64,000 bases of DNA from Laetmonice hystrix. Taxonomy: Eukaryota. Positions 15,301 to 28,700 of this stretch are shown piece by piece. The translations under genes and the position numbers were made by a program. The stretch spans positions 21,702,001 to 21,766,000 of the forward strand of contig OZ249436.1 in NCBI GenBank assembly GCA_965235115.1, given 5' to 3'. The notes beneath the pieces were generated by a model. It was not told the DNA's origin and did no database searches. It saw nothing but the letters and a program-made list of their open reading frames with translations. Position 1 is the first letter of the stretch. Every line of letters starts with the position of its first letter.

Positions 15301-17561
15301 TTTAGAATATCTACTCTACTTTGGTGTTGGGTTCCTGCCGACCATTGCTGTCTGTCTCATAAGTCACGCTGCAATCCTTGTATCACTCTGCCAGCGGGTA
15401 ACCTCAACTAACACAACTTGCGACATGCTCTATGGACACATGTGAGTACTTCTTGCAGCATAACTAGGTTGCTGTATCCCATGTGTTGAAGGGATAAATA
15501 ATATCTCTATCGTGTATTAACAAAAGAAAGTCGCAAGTATGAATTTCAAATGAGTACCATGACTAGGGGAATAAAAGATCTGACCAAGTCTGCAATATAA
15601 CATAATGTCTTGCACATTACAACAGTAAAAATTTGTGTGATGATCAAGTAAATCTTGCTATATCAGGGGTTTTCCCTCGATATTCCAGTAACCTCTAACT
15701 CTCATAACTCTCAAAATGAGCATCTGGATATGATCCTAACTGTTAGTGTTACCGTACTGAGGTGTACCTCATTCAATCAGTCCTCAGCACCTGGCTTTGT
15801 TCTCACTGCAGTGACTTTGCAACTCCAGGCAGTTGGAATGGATGGGCCACAGAATATTCTGCAGGCCTTGCTCTCTCACAGAACTTCGTAGCATTTCAGT
15901 TCATGCTTTATTCAGGTCAGTATTCAACATGTTAGCTTAAATCTAATGAAATGTATAGAATTCTGACATACAAGAGCGTGGTCTACCTTTCACGTGAAAG
16001 TCATGGTTGGTCAGTATGGTTCTGATTCCGTACACTGTTACTACAGTCTCCCAGGGTTCGCGCAACCCACTCGCCAAATCGCCAATGGCGACTGATGACC
16101 TAATCTGGCAAGTCCAACGCTTGCTTTGGTGAAACCAGGTCTACTCTTCCTGGTCTTAGAGACAAAGAACTTGTATTGTGCCGTTCTAAGACTATACCAG
16201 TGCCACTCACAGTGATTGACAACCTATGCAAGCCAGGAGACGAGCTTGGCTCCGCCCACTCCCTCCCCACCTGCAATGTATAAATTATTATTAATTGGCT
16301 AAGAGTGACTGGATTTCGCGAATGTCCGGGCCTAGCTCTAACCCTGGTCTCCCCTGTAGATTTGAAATCTTTAGTGCATGTAAGGCACTAAAATAATTTT
16401 TATGAAGACTCTAATGTAAGACATATATATGCTTTCAGTGTGTGCTTCACTCAGCTTTGTCCATCGATACCATCACTTGTGGCAGCGATCGCCTTTGGTC
16501 AATAGAACCTGGTGCATTGTGGCACCAATACTGTTAGTATATGCCCCATGAGATACTGCATTATATATCTACAGACTTTGTAATGTAAATTCAGATTAAA
16601 CACAGTTGTGAAGTACCAATACTGTTAGTATATGCCCCATGAGATACTGCATTATATATCTACAGACTTTGTAATGTAAATTCAGATTAAACACAGTTGT
16701 GAAGTACCAATACTGTTAGTATATGCCCCATGAGATACTGCATTATATATCTACAGACTTTGTAATGTAAATTCAGATTAAACACAGTTGGGAAGTACTA
16801 TCTTATTTACCATCTATTGTTTTTTGAGATTTAATTAAATTAATAAAGAGGTATTAATTTTGTTTGTTTATTTGATTAATTATTATTAATTCCAACTACC
16901 GGTACTTTTGACAAAAGATAACTTTTTAAAGCCTTATTCATTTTAATATTCTTCTTGTAGGTTGTTACTTCAGTTGTTGTACTTTGTGGCCGACGTCAGC
17001 ATTTGTAACAAAATTGGAGCAGTGGCTTTCAGCCTGAGAGATATTCCAGTTGTGGCCTGGGTTCTGGCACTTGTTTGGCCTGTTGGTCTTCTTGCCCTAC
17101 AAGAGCTTATCAAACGCAGAGAACGGAGGTCAGTAAAAACAGAAGTACAGTCTCTTCGTCAGAATTACCTGATTCAATATTTGATCAGGATGGTTTTTTT
17201 GCTTATCAGCAGAGCCTTTGTCTCAAAGTTTGGATGCTAGCTATCCGACTTACACAAAATCTTTCCTGTTACATGTATATCACAAAAGTACTACATATAT
17301 GACTAATACCAGTAACTCCTAGCCTTACTTTAATAATTTCTTCCTTGACAAGATTAAGATGTTAAACCATGATAAGTTAATCGATCTGAGGATATACATG
17401 TACATGCATGTACACTAATACTACAAATATAGGTGTAAAAAAATAATATCTGCAACATACTTTAATAAGCCTCAGTTTGCCATTTCAGGTTGTCTGTTCG
17501 ATACCAGAAGAGGGCACGACTTGACTTTGGCACAAAACTTGGCATGAACTCCCCGTTTTAA
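303..17561 (+). CDS. TMEM94: Transmembrane protein 94 (ERMA, P-type-ATPase-like ER Mg2+ transporter), 5' end outside window
   Basis: Phase-consistent GT-AG exons: 303-496, 2674-2837, 3163-3268, 3540-3626, 3994-4119, 4599-4763, 5089-5302, 5579-5631, 5980-6045, 6161-6282, 7294-7387, 7619-7730, 9760-9862, 10160-10330, 10693-10876, 11119-11952, 12151-12250, 12493-12601, 12969-13146, 13735-13980, 15296-15441, 15812-15915, 16439-16532, 16961-17128, 17489-17561. Motifs recognised as TMEM94: SLQWTYRDG..VNLP..LVEGDII.LRPGQ, LCCVDKKGILSWPNP, ACIRFVHFS.ENELRSRVFSEKMGLEAGWNCHISL, LPKGIENIRPHIENVDNVPLLVPLFTDCTP, and C-terminal YQKRARLDFGTKLGMNSPF*. Confidence 0.95.
1612..1812. mobile_element. Short non-autonomous TIR element (CAGGGG..CCTG ends), internally deleted relative of 45242-45668
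   Basis: Shares TGAGTCAGCAGGACTCCCAAGTTG and GGAGTCTCGGACT.AC.GACTCC blocks with 45242-45668; ends are imperfect inverted repeats. Confidence 0.6.
16524..16798 (+). repeat. Tandem repeat, 3 x 91 bp, spanning a TMEM94 exon/intron junction
   Basis: Unit ACCAATACT|GTTAGTATATGCCCCATGAG...GTGAAGT starts at 16524, 16615 and 16706; copies are nearly identical. Confidence 0.95.
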
Positions 17562-20500
17562 TGCTAGTTTGTACAAAATATGTTTTTTGTAATTTTTCTT
17601 TGAGACTCTTGTTGTATTATATTTATGAAGTACACAAGGTTTTAATGTGAATCGAGTTGAAGCAAAATTATCTACTGGATATAGCTACTATGAAAAGTAC
17701 TTTTAAAATCAAACGTTATAGTTCAAGTTTAGGATAAAAACTAAGAACTCCCATCCTTTGTTGAATTACACAGGGCTATTTTGAAATATTGAAAGGTGAT
17801 GAGGAAATTATAATCCTTGTGACAAAGGAGGACATGGCAGAAATGTGTAGCCTTCAATTTTCCGTTTTATCTTCAGAATCAAATATCACGTGCCAAAAAT
17901 GCTACTTAAAGCTTTTAAAATATTGTACATTGACCAGTAAATATACATCGAGTGAAAATGTTTTAGTAATTTATTGGGCAGCAAATATGTCCAGAAGTAT
18001 GGATCCAAGAGACTGAATCTGCAATAGGAAGCAAGTAAAGCATCAATGGGAGATATTGGATAGGAACATAGACTGCTTTTTATACTCAAATTAAAGGGAC
18101 TGTTTGCAGCATTCACTGCAAATGGCCAACGAGAACTCTTAGCAGTGGAGGGTCTACGGGTAAAGTCTATGGGGAACTCTTGTATACTGATGTGCCAGTC
18201 CTACTGGTGAACAGAAACTTGAGACAATTAATTACTTATTCTTAAGAAGTACACTATCACGCTATGGGTGTAGACCCATGCATATAAAATGCTCCCAGGT
18301 CAATAACTGTATAAAGTATGTAATGGATGACGCAAACTGAACTAGTCGTAACAACGAAGAGATTGAACGTGAAGGCAGGAGAGGTTCACTTTGCTTTAAG
18401 GAAGGTTGCCTGCGGTGAGCCTTTAACAAATGGTGATAATGCAATATAAATATTGTCTGTGTCAACGGCCCTGATAGACTGTTGCCTTGCAGAGCATGTT
18501 TACATACTGCCAAGAACTTGCAGTTGTTGTGTAAACTCGTTAAGGATATCCCAGTGATTTAGGTGATACTTTTTGAAGAACTTGTATAGGGTTTCTCCAC
18601 ATCATTTGCAGTGTCCCTCACTGCTCAAGGATGTTATTTAACGGAGCAATTGATGGATCTCATGGCATACCGGTGCAACCAATATCAGTGGCACCATGAA
18701 TCAGACACTGGACAAAATACTTATATGGCACATTTTGCATTTGAATTGGTGAATTCAATAAGGGCCCCAAGTCCACCTTCTTTCGAAAGTCATGTTTTGC
18801 ATGACTTGGGCTCTTTAGGTGACAAAGTTTTAGTTTATGTGCAAGAAGGTCCCAACTCCCAGCAATAAATGGGTTTATGGAGTTGAGCTGTTCTTGAACT
18901 CTCTTTGTAGAAAATTTTGTCGCAAGGAGTTGAACCCTTATTGAATTCGCCGATTCATTTTCTGTCAGTGTAACCGTAGTTGTTGGGGGATTTTGTAAGG
19001 GGAGAAAACCTGGGTGGGCGACCCAATGCGACATGTATGGGTGGGCAATCCAGAACATCTGGGACTACACGTGTACTGTAACTCTGTACTGTTCCTTTTT
19101 GAAGTGAAAGCCAGTTGTTAGAATAATTATACTTACAGTAAGTGGACTTCGATATTTATGATTATTATAGGTTCCTATCAAGTGGAAACAAATTAGTTTT
19201 TTTTGTTCTGGTTTGTGAAGGTTAAGCCCTTAATTAATTAATTACAATGCTGACTTGCCCCCGTTTTGCGCTACCCTCCTCTGTATCCACGACACAGAAA
19301 ATGTATACAAATTGTGGACTATGTTTAGCCAGAGTTTCACGACTTTGTGCGTAGTTTAATGTTGTGTCTCTTTCAGTAATTTAAGAATAACTGTATAATA
19401 ATCTTAAGCAATTTATTGCTTTTCCATGGTTTAACAGTTAAGATTATTTGTATCTTTCTATTCAGAGTTTGAGTAAGAAAAATATATTTGTGAATATTGT
19501 TAGGATCTGAGACAATATGTACATAAAGAATTTTACTATGTACACAAATTTGTCTCATCTGTAAAAAAAATTGCCCGATAAGTTGAATGTAAACATTCTC
19601 TAAGTCTTTAAAGTCAGTGTAAGAACCTAAATATATAGCAGATCATGCAAAGTTGATTCGTTCAACAGTGCCCACCCACTTACCATAGTATTGTTAAAGT
19701 GTCTACAATAAGTGTTTCCAACCTAAACCTGACACCACTGAGAGGGCTTCACTGATGATACGACATTCTACTTAACTACGACATTCATCACTGTTCTTGT
19801 CTAATTCTAGTGTAAACTTGAGTAAATGAAAAAGTTTGAGGCTGCAAGTTTGGAACTATGCACCGTTCTACTGTGTCTGTGGTACATCTGGCTTTACCAG
19901 TACTGGCGGTAGCCACAACTGGAACAAGGCCTTTGGGTATTGGAGCTGGTGTAGAAAGTGACAGGGGTAATGCTTGGTATCGGGTAACACTTACAGTTAC
20001 AGCGATCATAGAATTGTGAATGTGCCAAACAGTTCACAATGTAACTCGATGTTAATACAAATAGGTGTTGCTCATCATGTCTAAGTGGTGTGAAGGTTTT
20101 GATAGGAAACATTTGCCTAATTTTATTGTGATTAGTCTGTCCCAACCTGGTAAAGTAATCAAGCGAAGCTCTCAACAGACGTCATTTCTTGACGAGGCTG
20201 TTTTTTCTAGTTACCAGGTGTTCATTCTACATCAGATATTTTTGTGAAAGACAAATTTGGAGTCTGTTATGGGAATTACAACTTACAACACAAGATGGAA
20301 TTTCGATTCTGTAAATTGCAGCAATATACAGTAAATTTTGGTGTGGTTATAGGGTGGGCCTAATTAACTTAGGTGAGAAGTGTCGAGCTGTCCCAACATA
20401 CCTAATCATGCAGTTTTAATAGTTCAGCAAGTACGTATAGACTGAGCAATTGTAGGGCTAAGAGAAAATATTACATGACAGTTTCAAGCATGTACTGACG

Positions 20501-21607
20501 ACACCACAAAAGTCAAAAGAAAGTGATTGTGGAATTACGTTATTGTGATACTCATGTGCTACTTTGTTGTATGTTAAGCTTCATGAGGTTGTAACCTGAC
20601 AATCAGTGAACCGTCTGAACAGTTGCAGACTGAACCCGTAGAAACAAGCGATTTCAGAAAGGGAACCTGAGGAACTACGAACTAGGGGTGGATAAAATAA
20701 TCCCTTGCATGTGTACAGGCCTGTCTTTTGAAGTTTAGGAGCACAATTACTTGTGCACCTAAACTTTAATTTGAACCTATAGCCAACTTTTTTTTTCTGA
20801 TAACCTGAAGATAAAGATGGGTATGTCTGATATCCAACTGAATATGTTACCAGAGCTACATGCTCATCTGAAAGCTCCACGATATAAAATACTGAAATTT
20901 TCACCTGTTCTTATTGGTAGTTATTATTAATTCCTTGACTAAAGTTTTTGCTTGTTATGGCATGCAAGCACAAATACATATCTTAAACACAAGGCCTGTG
21001 TAGGTCTATTGTACACATAAGACTCTGTTCACAACTAATACTGTACTTATGGTCTACAGATATATTTAATACACGTAGACTGCAACATGCTGTCAGTCTT
21101 AATGTAATAAAACGTTAACATTATTTATTCTTTATGCATGTTATAATGTTCAGTGTACCGGTTCAGAAAACCAGACCCCAACTAGCCCCCATAATTCTAA
21201 TTTTCCCCTTGGATTTTGATCTTTTCTTGCTACATTTTCTCTTTACAATTACGTGCCAGGCGAATGTTGTTAATCTCAGTTTTAATGCTAAAGAATATGT
21301 ACACGTGTCTGGAAATTAAATGCTGCAATCTGGTCATGATCTCATCATTTAGAGGCTGGTCTCATCACTTATGTCCTCATTGGGGCCAGGGCTAATTGGA
21401 GACGGTGTATTTATTTTACATCAGAGGAAAACTGCAAGTTAAAGTGCGAGAGACTCACAAGAATACGACCCACACCCTATTTCTAAACTGAGGGACCAGA
21501 ACCAATTATGCCTCAATTTAATTGAATTTTGCTAGAACGCCATAACTAAAGGACCCCACCCCTCCCAACCTGAATCCCCTTACACCAACAATTTCCCCTC
21601 ATACCTA

Positions 21608-22470
21608 TATATCGGGTGGATAAAAAAAAACGCCCCGAACTTTAAACTTCAATATTTCAAGAAGTAATGATTGTAATTTAAGGAAATTTTTCTTAATATC
21701 AGTTCATGATGTTGTCTCTTAGTTGTTAATGTTACAACTCAATAGCTTGGATAATATTTACGTGGGGCTAAAAACAAAAATCATTGTACAAAAGCGCAAT
21801 GCCGGCCTAAAGCGAGTTGTAGTCGCACCCAGAGTCCCTGGCCTCACACTAGAGTAGGTGGTCAATCGCTCCCCCGTTTTCACTCCATACTGCTCTCAGT
21901 CTCTTTTTCCATGAGCCAATGCACTTCCTAATCTCTGATAGGGAAATATCTTCCCAACATTGGGAAATACGCAACGTTCTGAACGTGTTGCTAAACGTGA
22001 TAATGATACGATTTCCCTAGAACTTCTCATTACAGTCACGTCGTCCTAATGTTTCATTTTCTCTGTAGGGTTTGGCACATTAAACATCTGTTTTTCTCTA
22101 AAAGTACTAGGAATAGCACATATTTTATTATATCTAATGGTCCACAACATGATACATATTGTAAAACATGCAAAAACTAAATATTGAATTTTTCTTTACC
22201 CAAGGTACAATGCGGTGAATCAAACAGGTGTCAAATTGGACACCTGGCAGCGGCATGATATTTGACCTAATTCCGGCATTGCATTTTTAGACACTGATTT
22301 TTGTTTTTAGCGCCACAGGATTAATATCAAAGCTATTGAGCTGAAACTTTAACATACCAGAGATAATATGATGAAGTAATATTAAGAGAAATTTTGTTGA
22401 ATTATAATGCATAGTTTTGGGAATATTAAAGTTTAAAGTTCGGGGCGTTTTTTTTTATCCACCCGATATA
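21608..22470 (-). mobile_element. Internally deleted Tc1/mariner-superfamily element
   Basis: TIR TATATCGGGTGGATAAAAAAAAACGCCCCGAACTTTAAACT and its reverse complement at ~22430-22470; imperfect inverted similarity extends ~200 bp; TA context at both ends. Minus strand 21849-21963 reads QCWEDISLSEIRKCIGSWKKRLRAVWSENGGAIDHLL*, resembling a Tc1/mariner transposase C-terminus. Confidence 0.85.
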
Positions 22471-22717
22471 TTCAATTTGCCAAATACAGTCCACCTTATC
22501 AATGTACATTTTTATGAAATGAACAACTATGGAGAAATTCTTACTCTGGTTTATTCTATTTCACACAAAAAACACAATTGTAATCTATCCATGGTTTTGA
22601 AATACATATAGCTTTGTACTGCATAGTTTGGATGATGAGGACTAGCAGTATAAACGTGCAGCCCATGATAACCATTGTGATACAAATATACAGTAGAATA
22701 CAATTGCTTATTCACCG

Positions 22718-25700
22718 TTACCATCTGAAGTGTGCATATGCTCGATTCGCCTCACATAATCTGTGCAGTTCTTGTTTCTTCCTTATAGTCTTGCCCTGAA
22801 GTTTAAAAAGGACAAGTTGAGAAACTGTGACAACACGTTCCAGTCACCTGTTTTAGTGATAGCTGGCATGGTAGTTGTACACAAAGTTGAATGGATGTTA
22901 GTAAAATCACTGAATGCTTCCTATATTACAGACGATTCAATCATTTAAAAACGTGTGATCATGTGAATTCCTGTTATTTAGTACGAAGACAAACACTCCA
23001 ACAAACTACCAACAACAAGTACCAACCTCATTTTTGTAAGCATCTAAAATTTCGTAGGCTAATTTATCCCAAACACGAAGACGCCTGTCCTTGTCACGTC
23101 CAGACTCAATAAGCCACTTCATAGCTGTGAACAGCTGGTAGTTGGGCTTTACTGGGATGGGTACCTGTAACATGCAGGGATTAAGCCAGGATTTTGAAAA
23201 AGAGGGACACCATGTCCCACTGCCCAGAAACCTAGGGGACATTTTCAATATTTGGGGGACAACTGAGTCACTTGACGAGGAGCACTGGCAACTGCTGTTT
23301 TGCCTAATACTGTATAATGTGTTGTTCTTGTTATCATGTTCCTCATATAATACTACAGTACTGGTGTTCACAAATGAGTCAACCCATACAACACTGTCTT
23401 TAGGGCGGGAAGGGGAAGGCCATAACCACTCTCCAGACAGAGATCGTTCTGCATTATGGGAGATTGGGCCATAACGTAATAGAGAACTAAGTCATTAGAT
23501 GGCGCTTCTTTATATCACACTAGGGCCCGGTTTCTGGAAAATACTTAAGTCTGAGTTTCAATCAACTTTACTCAACTCAGAAAATGGAGGATTCACATTA
23601 GCTAAAAACATTCTTTTGAGTAGATTTGAGTGAAACTAGTGGGCCTATTATTAAGTATGTTCGAGAAATCGGGCCCTGGTGGCAGCATTGGCATGCCTCC
23701 CTCTCGGTCGGCCCTCCAAGGTGGGACATTATGACGCAGCTAAGCTATAATAAGGGGACATTTGGTTAATATTTTGCGCCAATGGCGCGTGGGCGCGCTC
23801 TAGCTAAATCCCTGAACATGGTGTAATGCAATGACTACATGTACTTCTGAACCATAACAAGCTTACCCTCACTCCTACCTGCTACCAAACAAGGACTGCT
23901 AAATGTTCCAACCCATTGCTGACATGACTGTAAACTGTTCCAACCCTTTGCTGACATGACTGCTAAATGTTCCAACCCATTACTGACATGACTGCTAAAC
24001 GTTCCAACCCATTACTGACATGACTGCTAAACGTTCCAACCTATTGCTGACATGACTGCTAACTGTTCCAACTCATTGCTGACATGACTGTAAACTGTTC
24101 CAACCCTTTGCTGACATGACTGCTAAAGTTTCCAACCCATTGCTGACATGACTGCTAAACGTTCCAACCCATTGCTGACATGACTGCTAAATGTGCCAAC
24201 CCATTGCTGACATGACTGCTAAATGTGCCAACCCATTGCTGACATGACTGTTAAATGTTCCAACCCATTGCTGACATGACTGCTAAATGTCCCAGCCCAT
24301 TGCTGACATGCAGGTAAAATTTGAAAATGTAAGATAATGCAGCTTGTATACCTGATATATGACGCCTCCTCTTTTCACTGTTTGGGTGATAAGCAGTGGC
24401 TTACAGTTTTCAATAGCAGTGTAGAATATCTTCTTCGCATTCAACTCAATGGAATCTCTCTCTTCACTTGTTGCAGCTTTGTGGAATTTCTCTAGCTGCA
24501 TAAGCTTTACATTTTCTAATGTCTGAAACAAATTAGGTAAGCATTTACATTGTAAATATCTACAAACATCACCCATTGTGAAAAAAGTAATCATTCAACT
24601 GGGGAGAGAAAGAATTTCTTCACAGATCAATAGAAAATTTAATGATCAGGGTTGAGATTTTTCCACTGATCAGCAGATTTCTTCTCAACCCACACACATG
24701 ATGCCTCTGGTGTACAGTTTGGGTGCATAAAGTTTTCTTTTTTTTCATTGTTGGCCTGTCTCATCCCTAATGATATCAGGCAAACTCTCAGTAAAGGCTA
24801 GCAGAAAAACATGTGGACTAATGAAATTGGACATAAAGTAAATTTGCAAGAGGATTCAAACTTTGTAAACTTTCAAACCAAGTAATATGATGTGATTGCC
24901 AATCTCACCTGTATTTACTTTCTATGCATAATCTCAAAAACATACTATAAATGTTGCAAAAAACATTTATAAGTAAAAAGTTCCATACTGTCCATGACAC
25001 ATGGGTAAATAACCAGGCACTGGAGGCTTAACTTTCCAAGGTATGATTTTCCTTCCACAATTTTGAGTTGGGGTTGTGGTGGTTGGGGGGGGGGGGGGGG
25101 GGGAAGGGGCATCTGCCCCATCGCCAAGTTGTCCCACAACAAGTATTACTCTCTTCAGCTCCCCTAACATGACATATGGGAGCTAATGATTGCTCCCAAT
25201 GCTCATTTCCTAAGGCAGACACTGCTGCTTATGCCAGACAAATAACTCACCCGGGTGACAATGTATGTAGCTCTCTCCTTATTTCCTTCTCTCAAGATGT
25301 GTCTCACAAATTTTCTGTTGGGAAATAAGAACTAGACATTACATTTGTTATTTGATGCATATTTACTATGATCAAGATAGCAGGACTTAATTCATACTAC
25401 ATGTGTATTATCTTTTCAGTCAACATATTATCTCAAATTTAGATGGGAATTATGACAATCCTTGTTGACATATTCATACATAAATGCAGACTTTCAAATT
25501 GCCTTAATCTTGATGCTTATACTTACTGAATAAGTTCATCATAATTGACTGATGATGTTTGTTCTGGTACTGCTGCTTTTATAGGTTGAAATCTGCGAAC
25601 ATCATCATCAGATAAAGGCTTTTCAAGGTCCTCTTTTGTGAAAGTTGGTTCCAAATATAAGGGTGAATAATGGCTCCATCGTATTGATACTTTTCTGGAA

Positions 25701-28700
25701 ATGAACAGAACATGAAATCTAGTCTACATTAAAATTAGTAGTATCTTAGCTTGTTGTAGGAAAGACATACCTCTCCAAATATTTGAACTCTTTTTTTTAA
25801 ATTTTGCAAACATTCAGGCAAAATAATTAAACAAGTTTGACTAATTACCGACAGGAAACAATATGTTTGGGTTAGGGTTAAGGTTAGGCCTAGGGTGTTA
25901 CTAGTTTAGTCTAAAATTGGTTTTTAATTAGGCACTAATTCCATCCATCCCATCCATATAAATTAGGCAGTGGTTATTCTGCCGGCATATGGATGGGTCA
26001 TGTGACTGCAATATATTCTTATTGGATGATGTCTGACAGCAGAATAGCGGATTATCTGCCTAATTAACAACAATTTTAGGACTATACTAACACTAACCCT
26101 AGGCCTAACTTTTACCCTAACCCAACCACATTGTTTCCTGTCGGTAATTATAAATTAGTCAATTTATTCTGCCGTCTGACGGCAGAATAACCACTGCCTT
26201 ATCTAAATCCCTGCTGCCTAATTTCGGAATACTGGGAGTGTGACTGTGGACATGGTGACTGATAGATCTACAGGTGAGTGAGACTGCAGAGTGTGATTCA
26301 GTCGATTAGACAGGTTCAATCAAGTTTCATTTGGTACAGACATTTATATCAAACATAAAACACATCCTTTTCAATAATACTTGTATTTTACAAACCTCGG
26401 CTACAGCACAGGAGTCTGACAAATTTATTATTGGCTACCGCCCGCCCAATGTGTCAGACTCCTGTGGCTACAGCGGAGACTCGCTGCCTGGACAGGCTTG
26501 TGCAGCGGGAACAACCTTACACAAAGTGACAACTGACGTTTAATCGCCCTAATATCGTTCAACTCAATGCGGAGGACAGAATGAGAAAGCATTGTTGTAG
26601 CGCAAAAAGACTACTTCAGTTGGAACCCCTCAGTTGCCTAAACCTTCACAGTAGACTTTGCTCATAGAAATCATACATACATTGGTTGCCAACTTCGGGA
26701 TTCACCAAAAAGCTTTGTGACACCCACGGCACACCTTACGCACCCTGCCATTCTCGGACCTGGGACCTGCCTGAGCAGAAACTGGTACCCGGCTCTGCGC
26801 GTGTCGCGGTCAATGGGCAATCCCAACTTACCCGAATAGTGGGTTGGACAGGCTCCTACGCGCTCCTACGCTCTCGCGTGGTGTTGTGTTGCTCGTAAAG
26901 TCGACGATAAAAGAGATACATATTAAATCAGTTATGGAACATTAAACTAAATTATCCGATTTCCTCGTCATTAGATCTATATCACCTTAATGAGGCTAGT
27001 TTCGTATTTAGTATGTTAACCTGTGTCCCCTCCCAGCCGGTTCCTTTATGGATTCGTCAGTAGTGTCCGGCCTTGACCGGCCTTGACCCTACAGTCTGGA
27101 CGACGAGAAGCTGTCGTGCAGGTAAGGAGCGTACCTCTTTGTGGATGCATGGTTCGATACCTGTCCTTTCAGTCGGTTAAATGTAGGTAATCACGGTGTG
27201 TTTTATGTTTGATATATGTCTGTACCAAATGAAACTTGAGTGAACCTGTCTAATCGACTGAATCACTATAGTCTCACTGTCTCAGTCACCACGTCCACAG
27301 TCACACTCACACCCACCCCCACAGACTGATCACCCCGACTCACACTGAGTGTCTTGGCCAAGCCCCCCTTGCCTTTGGCTTGGCTCGCTGTATCTTACCG
27401 TACTTAGACTGAGCAGGGTCCGGTTCACAAGCAAAGTCCCGCAAAGTCAAGTAAATTTTAATTAACTTCAAATCTATTTTAACCAGTCAGATTCAAGTAA
27501 AATTGACCCAAGACGTTGATTAAAATTGACTTGACTTTAAAATTGTGAACCGGGCCCAGGGCAGGGGATCCTTTTCAATAATACTTGTATTTTACAAGCT
27601 CGCATCAGTTTTTTCTCATTTACAAGCTATAAATAGTATAGCCTACGTAGTAAGCCTTGCCGCGCCAGCAAGGCTTACGGGCAGTCAATGTTAATTCCTG
27701 GCGGGTCTGCTAGGCCCTATTACACACCTGCCACACCACCACCGCTTGCATTCGGGACTCCCTCGGGCATATGACGTCACTTCCTGCTATTCGAATATAC
27801 CCTCGGGTGGAATAGCGGCCATGTTTGGCAACCAGATACACGGCCAAATGGAGGTGTGTAGCGAGGCACTGAGTGAACCGTCATATCCCATCGAGCCAGG
27901 AAGTAGTGCATTATTGACATCTGCTCCTTCGGCGTTGTATGTGCAAATATAAATTTCTGGTATGAAGGGGAACGTTTGAAGAAGAAAAATGAATCACCAA
28001 ATTTACCTAAATAGGCGTCAATACGGTAATTTATCAAATTCTGGGAAGCAATATGGCCGCGCCCATGTACGACACTGGCCCGACACATGGTAGGACTACT
28101 TGTAATCATGTTGTAATTTAAGTTGTATCATGACATGATACTATTGTAATATTGCCCACTGACTTCGGAGAAAGCATTGTAGGCCTATTTTAGTTGCTTC
28201 CATGCCTGATGCAGACAAAATACTGCAAGCACTGCCATGCTGTCGAGAGTCCCGGCTAAATGTACCCGCGATGCAATGCTCAAAATGGCACCTATTTCAC
28301 CCGAGGCTACTTTCGAAGATATGGCCGAGGATTCCCGAATGCACCGCTTGCACTGATCAACTCACCGGCATCCATTTATCTCGACAGTAGGTGTGACGAG
28401 CCCTGAAGCAGTGTTTCTAATAGTACAGCGTCAAATTTAAAATTCATGTCAGATTATCGTTCTACCGGCCGCCATGTTACCGTTGATATCCCAGCATGCA
28501 TCTCCCCGCTCGGAAATCCTGAACAGCGACCACAGATTACCATACACAAACAGATTGGAAACGGCCATAGTAATGACGTGAAACAAAGATGGCGTCACAA
28601 TTCAGTGATTTGTCAGTGGCGACACCATGCGTCGGAGGAGATAAACTAAACGCCCTCCATAGGAAAAGCATGGCGTGACAGGTTTAGGACAACATATCTG

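Noticed and set aside
18262..20247. Cluster of short ORFs downstream of TMEM94
   Set aside because: No coherent exon chain or known motifs; more likely a long 3'UTR or intergenic DNA.
23894..24310. CRISPR-like 32-bp repeats
   Set aside because: Units are head-to-tail with no unique spacers, lie in a eukaryotic intron and have no cas genes nearby.
27110..27175. tRNA or SINE head (GGTTCGATACC)
   Set aside because: B-box-like motif only; no cloverleaf or clear A-box could be built.
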